A stretch of 32,000 nt of DNA from Archaeoglobus fulgidus DSM 4304 (GCF_000008665.1 NC_000917.1:2100001-2132000); one strand, 5' to 3'; numbered from the stretch's first letter, positions 11,138 through 19,360 are shown. Translations and numbers: made by a program. Notes: generated by a model not told the origin, from the letters alone.

Positions 11138-11436
11138 TCAAGTTTCAAGCAATTGGAGTATTTCCTGTGTATTATAAACTTTAACAGCACTTTGCTCCTT
11201 TAATCTCCTGTCGTTTGACCAAATCGCACAGTTTAATTTTAATGCGAGTGCAAGGAAGGAATGTCGTCGGGGTCAGGAGAAATGTCCTTAGCCTCATAAT
11301 ACTTGTCCTGAAAGTCTTCAAACGGAATTGTTCTTCCAGAAAATTAAAAACGACCTCCAGTTGCAAAAACCCTGAATGTCCCACTTCTGGCAATAAGAGC
11401 AGCAAATAATACATTAGCATCTATCACCAGTAACAT
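11138..11436 (-). pseudogene. PIN-domain toxin gene degraded by at least two frameshifts
   Basis: Minus strand: MLLVIDANVLFAALIARSGTFRVF... stops after 30 codons. A second frame gives ...YYEAKDISPDPDDIPS. A third gives FLALALKLNCAIWSNDRRLKEQSAVKVYNTQEILQLLET*. Joined together they make a colinear PIN domain. Confidence 0.6.
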
Positions 11437-11609
11437 GCTTCCTGAACCTCTCTGCAATAGATTTGCTGACTTTCTCGCCAAGCTCTAAGGCATCTTTTTC
11501 CGGTTAAATTTTGAATTTCCTTTTCAATCATTCTTCTTATCGCTGGCGACCAATCAACACCAAGCTCATCCATCTTCCTCTTTAAGTCTTCGGGGATTTT
11601 AATTTTCAA
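11424..11609 (-). CDS. Small antitoxin-like protein (VapB-type partner of the decayed PIN gene); the C-terminus is possibly frameshifted
   Basis: MKIKIPEDLKRKMDELGVDWSPAIRRMIEKEI resembles archaeal antitoxins encoded upstream of PIN genes. An alternative frame after ...NLTGK reads DALELGEKVSKSIAERFRKHVTGDRC* and overlaps the PIN ATG. Confidence 0.5.
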   Translation of the reverse strand: MKIKIPEDLKRKMDELGVDWSPAIRRMIEKEIQNLTGKRCLRAWRESQQIYCREVQEACYW

Positions 11610-11950
11610 TTCGGCATATTTAATACAACTTCCTCATGGATATATTCCTTACTTTATCAGAGTCTTCCTTTGAGAGAAAAGTAGGGACTACAAGCTTCAT
11701 AAAGCTAACTTTAAAGGAAAATTGAGGAAAAAGCTTGCAGAATCCAAACCGCAAATTACTCTGCATCACCAGACACTATGCAACTTCAGGAGTTTACTAC
11801 AGAGAAGGTGGAGAAAGAGCTGAGATTGGCAGAACTCTCGAACTGACAAAGAAGGGAGAGGTAGCCGACATTTTTGGAGTTGTGTAGTATCTGACACCAT
11901 CCCAAACAAAACCAAACACCTTTAAATAACCCACTCCCCACACAAAACCA

Positions 11951-13072
11951 ATGAGGGAAGCAGCAAGACTCTCTCAGATTTCCACGTCGATGATTCGAAG
12001 GATGTTCGAAATTGTCGAAAGAGCAAAGAAGGAGGGCAGGGAAATCATCAGCTTAACAATTGGCGAGCCAGACTTTGATACCCCGCAGGAGGTCATTGAG
12101 AGGGCATGCAGAGCCATGAATGCCGGCTTCACTCACTACACCTCCAACTTCGGCCTTGAGGAGCTTCGAAGCGCCATTGCAGAGAGGTATGGAGTTGACT
12201 CCAGCAATGTGATGGTTACGGCTGGAGGCAGCGAGGCTTTGCTTAACGCATCTCTCGCTTTCATCGAGGAGGGAAGCAAGGTTGTTATCCCCTCACCCAA
12301 CTTTCTGAGCTACTTCACCTACGCCAAGATGTGTGGGGGCCAAATCGTTCAGCTCAGAACCCACAATAACGGCTTTCTGCCAGACGTCGAGAAGCTGAAC
12401 GAAATCATTGACAGGAACGTGAGCGTCATTTTCCTAAACTACCCCAACAACCCCACCGGGGCGGTAATTGACGAGAAGGATGCTAGGGCAGTTGTTGAAA
12501 TCGCCGCTGACAATAAAGCAATTGTAGTGAGCGACGAAATCTACGACCAGATATATTACGACGTCAAACCAACTTCCCTTGCCGGCTACGAAAACGTTGT
12601 GTGTGTTAATGGCTTCTCCAAATCCCTCTCCATGACCGGTTGGAGGATTGGTTTCACCATAGCCGATGAAAAGCTGCTCGACCCGATGCTGAAGGTCCAT
12701 CAGGTTAATGGCGTCTGCGCTCCTGCTTTCGCCCAGAAGGCAGTGGCTGAGGTTATGGCAGAAAGGTTGTTCGACTCCATCGTCTCAAGGATGGTCAAGG
12801 AGTTCAGGCAGAGGAGGGATTACCTTTACTCGGAGCTAAGCAAAATATACGACGTAGTTAAGCCTGAAGGGGCCTTCTACATGTTCGTAAACGTTAACCA
12901 GGACTGCATGGAGTATGCCGAGAACCTCATCAACCTTGGAGTTGCCGTCACACCCGGCCTGCCCTTCGGAGACGGAAATGAGACTTACGTGAGAATCAGC
13001 TACGCCAACTCCCTTGAAAACCTCAAGAAGGCGGCTGAGATAATCAGGGAGTATGAGAGTCAGAGAGCTTAG
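11951..13072 (+). CDS. Class I pyridoxal-phosphate aminotransferase (aspartate aminotransferase type)
   Basis: FSKSLSMTGWRIGF (PLP-lysine motif), NYPNNPTG, SDEIYD. Confidence 0.85.
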   Translation: MREAARLSQISTSMIRRMFEIVERAKKEGREIISLTIGEPDFDTPQEVIERACRAMNAGFTHYTSNFGLEELRSAIAERYGVDSSNVMVTAGGSEALLNASLAFIEEGSKVVIPSPNFLSYFTYAKMCGGQIVQLRTHNNGFLPDVEKLNEIIDRNVSVIFLNYPNNPTGAVIDEKDARAVVEIAADNKAIVVSDEIYDQIYYDVKPTSLAGYENVVCVNGFSKSLSMTGWRIGFTIADEKLLDPMLKVHQVNGVCAPAFAQKAVAEVMAERLFDSIVSRMVKEFRQRRDYLYSELSKIYDVVKPEGAFYMFVNVNQDCMEYAENLINLGVAVTPGLPFGDGNETYVRISYANSLENLKKAAEIIREYESQRA

Positions 13073-13619
13073 AGAAGAGGACGCGAGGGACGCCGTAAGA
13101 ATTCTCGTCCTTTCATTTGGCAGAGAGCTGAACGGGATTTTTGGTGACACAGAGCTGGCGAGGGAGCTTTTCTTCAAGTTTTTCTCCATCCACACTGAAG
13201 AGTGCCTTGTGGTTGAGGCTGAGAGAATTATCGGCTTCGCATCCTACTCCTTCAAACAGAGGCTCCCAATCTCCGATTTTCTTAAAAAGGAGCTTGGATT
13301 TGTCAAAGGGCTGAAGTTGTCAATGCTCATCCGCTACCTCTGCCCCAAGCCTAAGAAGGGAAAGGCGGTGATAAACTTCATCGCCGTCTCACCGCTGAGA
13401 AGGAACAGCGGAGCAGGTTCGGCGTTGCTTGAAAAAATCGTAGAAAGAGTGAAGGAGGGTGGGGGAAAGGAAATCGAGTGCTACGTTTCCGTTGACAACG
13501 ACGCTGGCATTGGCCTTCTGACAAAATTTGGCTTTGAAGTTGCCAAAATGCTCGACAACCGCTTTGCGGAAAAAAATTTTGGGGCGAGGCAGTGGTACCT
13601 CATGAGGCTCAAACTTTAA
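13053..13619 (+). CDS. GNAT-family N-acetyltransferase
   Basis: Motif A: FIAVSPLRRNSGAGSALLEKIV (R..G.G/A). It overlaps the aminotransferase gene by 20 nt. Confidence 0.7.
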   Translation: MRVRELREEDARDAVRILVLSFGRELNGIFGDTELARELFFKFFSIHTEECLVVEAERIIGFASYSFKQRLPISDFLKKELGFVKGLKLSMLIRYLCPKPKKGKAVINFIAVSPLRRNSGAGSALLEKIVERVKEGGGKEIECYVSVDNDAGIGLLTKFGFEVAKMLDNRFAEKNFGARQWYLMRLKL

Positions 13620-15304
13620 CCCTGCTTCCTCATCTCCTCTTCCCTGAGAACTCTCCTGAGAACTTTCCCCACAAGAGACTTCGGCAGCTCATCCCTGAAC
13701 TCTACAAGCTTGGGAACCTTGTAAGGAGCAAGCCTCTCCTTGCAGAACTTTATTATGTCTTCCTCCGTCACCTTTCCCTTCCATCCCGGCTTGAGCTCTA
13801 TGAAGGCCTTGACAGTTTCTCCCCTGTAGGGGTCTGGAATGCCAACAACAGCAGCTTCCGCAACCGCTGGATGTTCGTACAACACTTCCTCGATTTCCCT
13901 CGGGTAGATGTTGAACCCTCCAGCGATTATCATGTCTTTCTTCCTGTCCACGATGTAGAAAAAGCCGTCCTCGTCCATTTTCGCCATGTCTCCCGTTAAA
14001 AGCCATCCGTTGATTAGAGTGTTCTCTGTCTCCTCCTTGCGGTTCCAGTAGCCCTTCATTACCTGCGGCCCTCTTATTACAAGCTCCCCCACTTCTCCGG
14101 GCGGGAGGATGTTTCCCTCATCGTCAATCACCACTGCTATCGTGTCGGGATAGGGCAGCCCTACACTCCCCTCCTTATTCAGCCCGTATATGGGGTTTCC
14201 GTGAGTTATCGGCGACGCCTCGCTCAGCCCGTAGCCCTCAGTAATCCTCTTACCCGTAAGCTCCTCCCACCTCCTCTTCACCTCTATTGGCAGCGGAGCC
14301 GCTCCGCTCGTGCACACTCTCAGGGAGCTCAAATCGTAGCCGTTCTCCTCAAGAAGCTTCAGCATCCCGATGTACATCGTCGGCACGGCTGCGAGGGTTG
14401 TAACTTTAAAGGTCTGAATGGCCTGAAGAACCATCGGGTAGTTTCGGGGGTCGGGCATGGGGATAATTGTCGCACCTACAAGAATTCCAACGTTCATCAT
14501 CGTCATCCCGTAGCTGTGGAAAACGGGAAGCATGCCAATCCCCACATCGGCAGAAGAAGCTTTGGGGTCCCAGTTGGCAGCCTGATAGGCATTTGCTACA
14601 ATGTTGAAGTGGGTGAGCATAACCCCCTTGGGGAATCCGGTCGTCCCCCCAGTGTACTGCAGCATCGCAACATCCTCTTTCGGATTTATCTCCGCCCTCC
14701 TTTCAGTCTTCTCAGCCTCCATGACGTTCTTCCACGAGTAAAGCCCCTTTCTCTTCTCAGGCGGGTCGGGCATCGTAGCGCCAACCATGAAGTCCTGAAG
14801 GCTGCAGGTTATTACAGTATCAAGAGTGCCATCGTCAAGCAGCGGAGAAACGTTGGAGTACAGCATATCCATGCAGAACATCGTCTTTGCACCGCTGTCT
14901 TCAGCGAGAAACTTTATCTCTCTCTGAGTGTAGAGGGGGTTGCACTGCACTATGATTCCACCAACTTTCAGAATCCCAGCCATTATTGGGGCAGCATGGG
15001 GAGTGTTGGGAAGGGCAAAGATTACTCTATCCCCTTTCTCAATGCCAATGTCGAAGAGAAATCCCGCAACTTTGTCAGAAGCTTCCTTTGCCTGCCTGTA
15101 AGTAATCTGATTGCCAAAGAATATTGTTCCAACCTTGTTCCCATACTTTTCAGCAGCCATCTCAAGAATCCTGTAAGCGGGCATCACGGGATAATCGAGC
15201 CTGTCCCTCACGCCCTCGTCGTAGTGCTTCACCCAGATTCTGTTTATACCGCTACCATCGGTCTCTCGAATATTTTGCCCCTCAATACCAAGTATCCCAC
15301 TCAT
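13616..15304 (-). CDS. fadD: Long/medium-chain acyl-CoA ligase (AMP-forming, FadD-like)
   Basis: LQYTGGTTGFPKGVMLTH (AMP-binding signature), GYGLSEASP, TGDMAKMDEDGFFYIVDRKKDMI, and the C-terminal PKSLVGKVLRR. Confidence 0.85.
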   Translation of the reverse strand: MSGILGIEGQNIRETDGSGINRIWVKHYDEGVRDRLDYPVMPAYRILEMAAEKYGNKVGTIFFGNQITYRQAKEASDKVAGFLFDIGIEKGDRVIFALPNTPHAAPIMAGILKVGGIIVQCNPLYTQREIKFLAEDSGAKTMFCMDMLYSNVSPLLDDGTLDTVITCSLQDFMVGATMPDPPEKRKGLYSWKNVMEAEKTERRAEINPKEDVAMLQYTGGTTGFPKGVMLTHFNIVANAYQAANWDPKASSADVGIGMLPVFHSYGMTMMNVGILVGATIIPMPDPRNYPMVLQAIQTFKVTTLAAVPTMYIGMLKLLEENGYDLSSLRVCTSGAAPLPIEVKRRWEELTGKRITEGYGLSEASPITHGNPIYGLNKEGSVGLPYPDTIAVVIDDEGNILPPGEVGELVIRGPQVMKGYWNRKEETENTLINGWLLTGDMAKMDEDGFFYIVDRKKDMIIAGGFNIYPREIEEVLYEHPAVAEAAVVGIPDPYRGETVKAFIELKPGWKGKVTEEDIIKFCKERLAPYKVPKLVEFRDELPKSLVGKVLRRVLREEEMRKQG

Positions 15305-15344
15305 GATACGAAAAAATTGTGATTAACTTAAAAATTTTACGAAA

Positions 15345-16334
15345 TTAATCATCTACTTTTTGCTGCTGCTTATAATTATGATACTTTTCAAAAGCCTCCT
15401 TTGCCTTTTCTTCCTCACCAAGATACTGGTATGCCTCACCGACGTGCTTCCACCACATGGGGTCGTTTTCAGCTTCGCTTTCACAGTATGCGGCGAACTT
15501 CAGCATTGCCTCCCTTGCCTTCTCCGATTCTCCCAGCTTCTCGTAAATCTTCGTCACATCCTCCCAGAAAACCCCCTCCTCTTCAGCTTCCTCGATGTAG
15601 TACTCCAATGCCCTCTGCCATGCTTTTTTCGCATTTTCAGAATCTCCGATTTCCTCGTAAATCTTCGCGACATCCTCCCAGAACCACGGCTCCTCCTCGG
15701 CGTACCTCTCAAGGCACTCAGCAGCTCTTCTCATTTCACCGGCCTTTTTGTAGAACTCGTAAGCTTCTTTCCAGTAGTACGAGTCTCCCTTTTCGGCAGC
15801 AAGCTTCTCATAGATTTCAGCAGCCTTTGAGAATTCCTCAGCCTTCTCGTAGCACCATGCAGCCGACTCCTCCATCCCTGCTTTGAGGTAGCATTCTGCT
15901 GCACTCTTATAGTTTCCAGACTTTTCGTACTTTCTTGCCGCTGCCCTATATCTGCCGGCATTTTCAAGGGCCTTTGCACTCCTCAACCTCTCGTAGAGGG
16001 TCAGATCCGGCTCCGAAATCCACCAAAGTCCGAAGGCGAAGGCGAGGATGTAAGCCGCGGTGATGTACGCCACATGCATCGGATTCTCCCAGGTGTAGCA
16101 CTGATACAGGGCGTAAAGAGAGGCGATGAGCGAAAGCAGCGAGGGAAGTGTGTACTTCGATTTTGCGTATATCAGCACACCAGCCATTATTGCGGAGATT
16201 GCAGCAACTCCGAGGTATGCAAGGAACAGGATTAATCTGAGGAGGAAGAGCGGGGAGAAGAAGTAGGCTATCGCTCCCGCGGCGAGCAGAACAGTTGCCA
16301 AAAAGATTATGGCAAGGGCTGTGAACCTGTCCAT
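15345..16334 (-). CDS. Membrane-anchored acidic TPR/Sel1-like helical-repeat protein
   Basis: About 4 N-terminal hydrophobic helices. These are followed by ~18-aa half-repeats (A..YEK.G....AAECY.KA) and three 38-aa repeats (WFWEDVAKIYEEIGDSENAKKA / VFWEDVTKIYEKLGESEKAREA / MWWKHVGEAYQYLGEEEKAKEA). Confidence 0.55.
   Translation of the reverse strand: MDRFTALAIIFLATVLLAAGAIAYFFSPLFLLRLILFLAYLGVAAISAIMAGVLIYAKSKYTLPSLLSLIASLYALYQCYTWENPMHVAYITAAYILAFAFGLWWISEPDLTLYERLRSAKALENAGRYRAAARKYEKSGNYKSAAECYLKAGMEESAAWCYEKAEEFSKAAEIYEKLAAEKGDSYYWKEAYEFYKKAGEMRRAAECLERYAEEEPWFWEDVAKIYEEIGDSENAKKAWQRALEYYIEEAEEEGVFWEDVTKIYEKLGESEKAREAMLKFAAYCESEAENDPMWWKHVGEAYQYLGEEEKAKEAFEKYHNYKQQQKVDD
15541..15683. repeat. 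Internal 114-nt-period duplication inside the TPR-like gene
   Basis: 29 nt at 15541-15569 (tcgtaaatcttcgtcacatcctcccagaa) recur at 15655-15683 with 2 mismatches. The 114-nt spacing equals 38 codons. Confidence 0.7.
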
Positions 16335-16367
16335 GAAAGGTGTAGCACAGCGCGGATAAAATATTTT

Positions 16368-16757
16368 CTATTCCCTTAATTTTTTCAGCGCATCGACAAG
16401 CTTTTCAAGGGAATCTGAAAGAACTCTTACCTCCTCAACACTTCTTGACTCTACCATCATATCGCAGACCTTAGAAATGGCCATTTCAATCTTCTCCACT
16501 GCCTCATCATAATCTGCTTTCACTGCCGGCTTTGTGCTTTCCGGTGGTTTCTCTTCTGATTCGGCCTTAGCTGCCGAATCTTCCTCTATAACGACTTCCC
16601 TCCCACATGAAGGACAGAAGATTTTTCCATCCTTCTCGAAGAGAGGCATCTTGCACTCCGGGCAGCTATGGGCAAGCATTTTCGCCCCTTTGTAAAGAAG
16701 TTCTGCTGCACTTGCAATTCCCTTTTCCGAAATTTTTTTATCACTCACGATTTCCAT
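16368..16757 (-). CDS. Zinc-ribbon protein of the UPF0148 / autoantigen-p27-like family
   Basis: MEIVSDKK...LLYKGAKMLAHSCPECKMPLFEKDGKIFCPSCGREV (CxxC..CxxC ribbon). The internal ATG at 16757 is chosen because the longer track ORF (to 16973) is antisense to the UPF0147 gene. Confidence 0.65.
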   Translation of the reverse strand: MEIVSDKKISEKGIASAAELLYKGAKMLAHSCPECKMPLFEKDGKIFCPSCGREVVIEEDSAAKAESEEKPPESTKPAVKADYDEAVEKIEMAISKVCDMMVESRSVEEVRVLSDSLEKLVDALKKLRE

Positions 16758-16803
16758 TTGATTCCGAGCTATTAAAATTTTCCAGTTTTGCGAGGTGAGG
16801 AGC

Positions 16804-17058
16804 ATGGCGAAGAAAGGGCTTGAAGAGGTTCTGGAAACGCTTGATAGAATCATCCACGACGAGACCGTGCCGAGAAACGTAAGAAGAGTTGCAAGCGAGA
16901 TTAAGGAAAAGCTCACGACAACAGATGAAGTTTCACTTGAGGCTGCCTCGGCAATATCGGTTTTAGAGGACATCTCCGCTGATCCGAACCTGCCGATGCA
17001 TGTAAGAACGATGATCTGGAACCTAACAAGTCAGTTAGAGAGGATTTCCGTTGAGTGA
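16804..17058 (+). CDS. UPF0147-family small helical protein
   Basis: MAKKGLEEVLETLDRIIHDETVPRNVRRVASEIKEKL...DPNLPMHVRTMIWNLTSQLE resembles the conserved archaeal UPF0147 family, from memory. Confidence 0.6.
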   Translation: MAKKGLEEVLETLDRIIHDETVPRNVRRVASEIKEKLTTTDEVSLEAASAISVLEDISADPNLPMHVRTMIWNLTSQLERISVE

Positions 17059-17602
17059 GCTAAAGAAAGAGCTTCTCCGAAAATCCATTCATTTTTCCGG
17101 AATCGTTTACGTTCCGGCTTACCTTTATTTTGGAAAAGAGTTCGTGCTTATCGGTGTGACTTTAGCGCTGGTTTTCGCGGCTATTTTTGAGTTTTTTCGC
17201 CTGAGGTACAAGCTACTTTCTTGGTTGGTGAGGGATTACGAAAGGAACAGAGTTGGGGCTTACATCTACTTTGGCGTGGCGGTTCTTTTTGTTACGCTGC
17301 TTTTTCCGATGAACGCAGCAATTTCTGCGGTTCTCGTTGCTCTGCTTGGCGATGGTGTTGGTGGAGTTGTTAAGAGGTTGCCAGTAAGGAGAGCGGGTGA
17401 AATTGCCTTCTTTGCGATGCTTGTTGTCCCATTTGTGGCATCTCTGCCCCTGCTCTCTCCCATCCCATCTTTTGCTGCGTGTTTTGCAGGTGCGATTGTT
17501 GAGAGGATTGAGAAGATTGGCGGATACTATCTTCAAGACAACCTGACGGTGCCGGTAACTGCTGCTGTCGTATATTTCTCAGTAAACTACATATTGTCCT
17601 AA
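17051..17602 (+). CDS. Polyprenol (dolichol/phytol) kinase / cytidylyltransferase-family membrane protein (COG0170-like)
   Basis: LLRKSIHFSG, LLGDGVGGVVKR and DNLTVP motifs within a ~6-TM protein. A TTG start overlaps the upstream stop. Confidence 0.5.
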   Translation: MSELKKELLRKSIHFSGIVYVPAYLYFGKEFVLIGVTLALVFAAIFEFFRLRYKLLSWLVRDYERNRVGAYIYFGVAVLFVTLLFPMNAAISAVLVALLGDGVGGVVKRLPVRRAGEIAFFAMLVVPFVASLPLLSPIPSFAACFAGAIVERIEKIGGYYLQDNLTVPVTAAVVYFSVNYILS

Positions 17603-17615
17603 CCCTACGCCCATT

Positions 17616-18374
17616 ATGGATGAAAGGGATGCGCTGAGAATTTCGAGGGAGATTGCAGGAGAGGTCAGAAAGGCCATTGCGTCAATGCCCTTGAGGGAGA
17701 GAGTAAAGGACGTGGGAATGGGGAAGGATGGCACTCCAACCAAGGCAGCCGACAGAGTTGCGGAAGATGCTGCGCTTGAAATTTTGAGAAAGGAGAGGGT
17801 TACGGTGGTTACAGAGGAGTCGGGAGTTTTGGGGGAGGGAGATGTCTTTGTTGCCCTCGACCCCCTCGATGGAACCTTCAATGCTACGAGAGGGATTCCA
17901 GTTTATTCAGTCAGCCTCTGCTTCTCCTATTCGGATAAACTGAAAGACGCCTTCTTTGGCTACGTTTACAACCTCGCAACAGGGGATGAATACTACGCGG
18001 ACTCCAGCGGGGCTTACAGAAACGGGGAGAGGATTGAGGTGAGCGATGCTGAGGAGCTTTACTGCAACGCCATAATCTACTATCCCGACAGGAAGTTTCC
18101 CTTTAAGAGGATGAGGATTTTTGGAAGTGCTGCAACGGAGCTTTGCTTCTTTGCTGACGGCTCCTTTGACTGCTTCCTCGACATCCGCCCCGGAAAGATG
18201 CTTAGAATCTACGATGCCGCTGCGGGTGTTTTTATTGCAGAAAAGGCAGGAGGAAAGGTTACCGAACTTGATGGAGAAAGCTTGGGGAATAAAAAATTTG
18301 ATATGCAGGAAAGGCTCAATATCGTCGCCGCAAATGAAAAACTCCATCCAAAGCTGCTGGAGCTGATTAAATGA
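17616..18374 (+). CDS. suhB: Inositol monophosphatase / fructose-1,6-bisphosphatase family protein
   Basis: VALDPLDGTFNA, the metal-binding E..EES segment (VVTEESG), and WD-type C-terminal motifs. It matches my memory of A. fulgidus AF2372. Confidence 0.85.
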   Translation: MDERDALRISREIAGEVRKAIASMPLRERVKDVGMGKDGTPTKAADRVAEDAALEILRKERVTVVTEESGVLGEGDVFVALDPLDGTFNATRGIPVYSVSLCFSYSDKLKDAFFGYVYNLATGDEYYADSSGAYRNGERIEVSDAEELYCNAIIYYPDRKFPFKRMRIFGSAATELCFFADGSFDCFLDIRPGKMLRIYDAAAGVFIAEKAGGKVTELDGESLGNKKFDMQERLNIVAANEKLHPKLLELIK

Positions 18375-19120
18375 GGGCCGCAGTGGTTTACAAAACCGAT
18401 GGTCACGTGAAGAGGATTGAGGAAGCTTTGAAAAGGCTGGAGGTTGAGGTTGAGCTCTTCAACCAGCCTTCAGAAGAGCTTGAGAATTTTGACTTCATTG
18501 TGAGTGTTGGGGGAGACGGGACAATTCTGAGAATACTGCAGAAGCTGAAGCGCTGCCCGCCCATTTTCGGGATAAACACCGGAAGAGTCGGTCTGCTTAC
18601 CCACGCCAGCCCTGAAAACTTTGAGGTTGAGCTTAAAAAGGCGGTGGAGAAGTTTGAGGTTGAGAGGTTTCCGAGAGTAAGCTGCTCCGCAATGCCCGAT
18701 GTTCTTGCCCTCAACGAGATTGCCGTTTTGAGCAGAAAACCGGCGAAGATGATAGACGTCGCTTTGAGGGTCGATGGCGTGGAGGTGGACAGAATAAGGT
18801 GCGACGGCTTTATTGTTGCAACTCAGATTGGCTCCACAGGCTACGCCTTCTCTGCTGGAGGGCCGGTAGTTGAGCCCTACCTCGAATGCTTCATCCTCAT
18901 CCCCATTGCACCCTTCCGCTTCGGCTGGAAGCCCTACGTGGTCAGCATGGAGAGGAAAATTGAGGTTATTGCTGAGAAAGCCATTGTGGTGGCTGATGGG
19001 CAGAAGAGCGTGGATTTTGATGGTGAGATAACCATAGAAAAGTCGGAATTTCCGGCTGTGTTCTTCAAAAACGAGAAAAGGTTCAGGAACCTTTTCGGGA
19101 AAGTTAGGAGCATAGGTTAA
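18371..19120 (+). CDS. nadK: NAD kinase
   Basis: VSVGGDGTILR (GGDG motif), NEIAV, and IVATQIGSTGYAFSAGGPVV (conserved glycine-rich NADK motif). There is a 4-nt ATGA overlap with suhB. Confidence 0.85.
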   Translation: MRAAVVYKTDGHVKRIEEALKRLEVEVELFNQPSEELENFDFIVSVGGDGTILRILQKLKRCPPIFGINTGRVGLLTHASPENFEVELKKAVEKFEVERFPRVSCSAMPDVLALNEIAVLSRKPAKMIDVALRVDGVEVDRIRCDGFIVATQIGSTGYAFSAGGPVVEPYLECFILIPIAPFRFGWKPYVVSMERKIEVIAEKAIVVADGQKSVDFDGEITIEKSEFPAVFFKNEKRFRNLFGKVRSIG

Positions 19121-19124
19121 ATAT
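19117..19124 (+). promoter_or_regulatory. TATA-box-like element positioned for the H/ACA sRNA
   Basis: TTAAATAT overlaps the nadK stop codon. It is centred about 26 nt upstream of 19146-19147, where the first hairpin begins. Confidence 0.4.
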
Positions 19125-19144
19125 CAGTTTTGACTACTATTATT

Positions 19145-19360
19145 GTCCCCGATCGGGGAAGAGGCAGAGGTGGCAGTGCCGACGATGAAGCTTCTCTGCG
19201 AGCTCGGGGACACACCATGTCGATAGGTCCCCTTAGGAGTGAGGCGAAAGCCTTACGATGAGTATGGGGCAACCCGGACATGGGACAGCCCCCAGAGGTC
19301 AGCCACTCTGAGAGGGCAAAGCCTGCGATGAGGGGTGGTGTTACTCTGGGGGCAGATTTC
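19145..19360 (+). ncRNA. Three-hairpin box H/ACA pseudouridylation guide sRNA (candidate)
   Basis: - HP1: lower stem 19147-19152:19204-19209; upper stem 19160-19165:19190-19195; tandem GA/GA at 19167-68 and 19187-88 with a GAU bulge at 19184-86; ACA at 19210-12.
- HP2: lower stem 19215-19221:19277-19283; upper stem 19229-19235:19263-19269; GA/GA at 19237-38 and 19260-61 with a GAU bulge at 19257-59; 7-bp cap stem with a GAAA loop at 19246-49; ACA at 19285-87.
- HP3: lower stem 19289-19297:19344-19352; upper stem 19302-19309:19332-19339; GA/GA at 19310-11 and 19330-31 with a GAU bulge at 19327-29; AGA at 19354-56.
- In every hairpin the ANA box starts 14-15 nt after the upper stem. Confidence 0.7.

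Noticed and set aside
11181-11420. Track ORFs 11181..11420 (minus) and 11215..11409 (plus) as real genes
   Set aside because: Both are out-of-frame or antisense read-throughs of the frameshifted PIN pseudogene. The PIN motifs appear only when three minus-strand frames are joined.
11610-11950. A 340-nt gap upstream of the aminotransferase with short frames (for example MQLQEFTTEKVEKELRLAELSN*, then ...ELTKKGEVADIFGVV*) as a possible gene remnant or ncRNA
   Set aside because: The frames are too short and motif-free to assign. I could find no convincing stem-loop or box structure. It is left as unannotated intergenic sequence.
13616-13619. TTAA shared by the convergent GNAT and acyl-CoA ligase stop codons as a special regulatory feature
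   Set aside because: A 4-nt convergent stop overlap is common in compact archaeal genomes. No hairpin or T-run is associated with it.
14201-15322. A 373-aa plus-strand ORF covering most of the acyl-CoA ligase locus
   Set aside because: It is antisense to a gene with clear AMP-binding signatures. Its translation is Arg/His/Ser/Pro-rich and low in complexity, with no motif. This is a typical shadow ORF.
16758-16973. N-terminal 72-aa extension of the zinc-ribbon ORF (track ORF 16368..16973)
   Set aside because: The extension is antisense to the well-formed UPF0147 gene and is Ser/Thr-rich and low in complexity. The family-typical protein starts at MEIVSDKK (ATG 16757).
19147-19158. The perfect palindrome CCCCGATCGGGG as a nadK terminator hairpin or restriction-type site
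   Set aside because: A 4-5 bp hairpin with no loop is weak. The CCCCGA half pairs better with TCGGGG at 19204-19209 as the lower stem of H/ACA hairpin 1, which then gives the correct 14-nt ACA spacing.
19254-19311. A box C/D sRNA reading of ACGATGA ... CTGA (C-like box at 19254, D-like box at 19308)
   Set aside because: There are no convincing internal D'/C' boxes. The C-like box deviates (AC instead of RU). The same GATGA motifs are better explained as K-turns capping three H/ACA-type hairpins.
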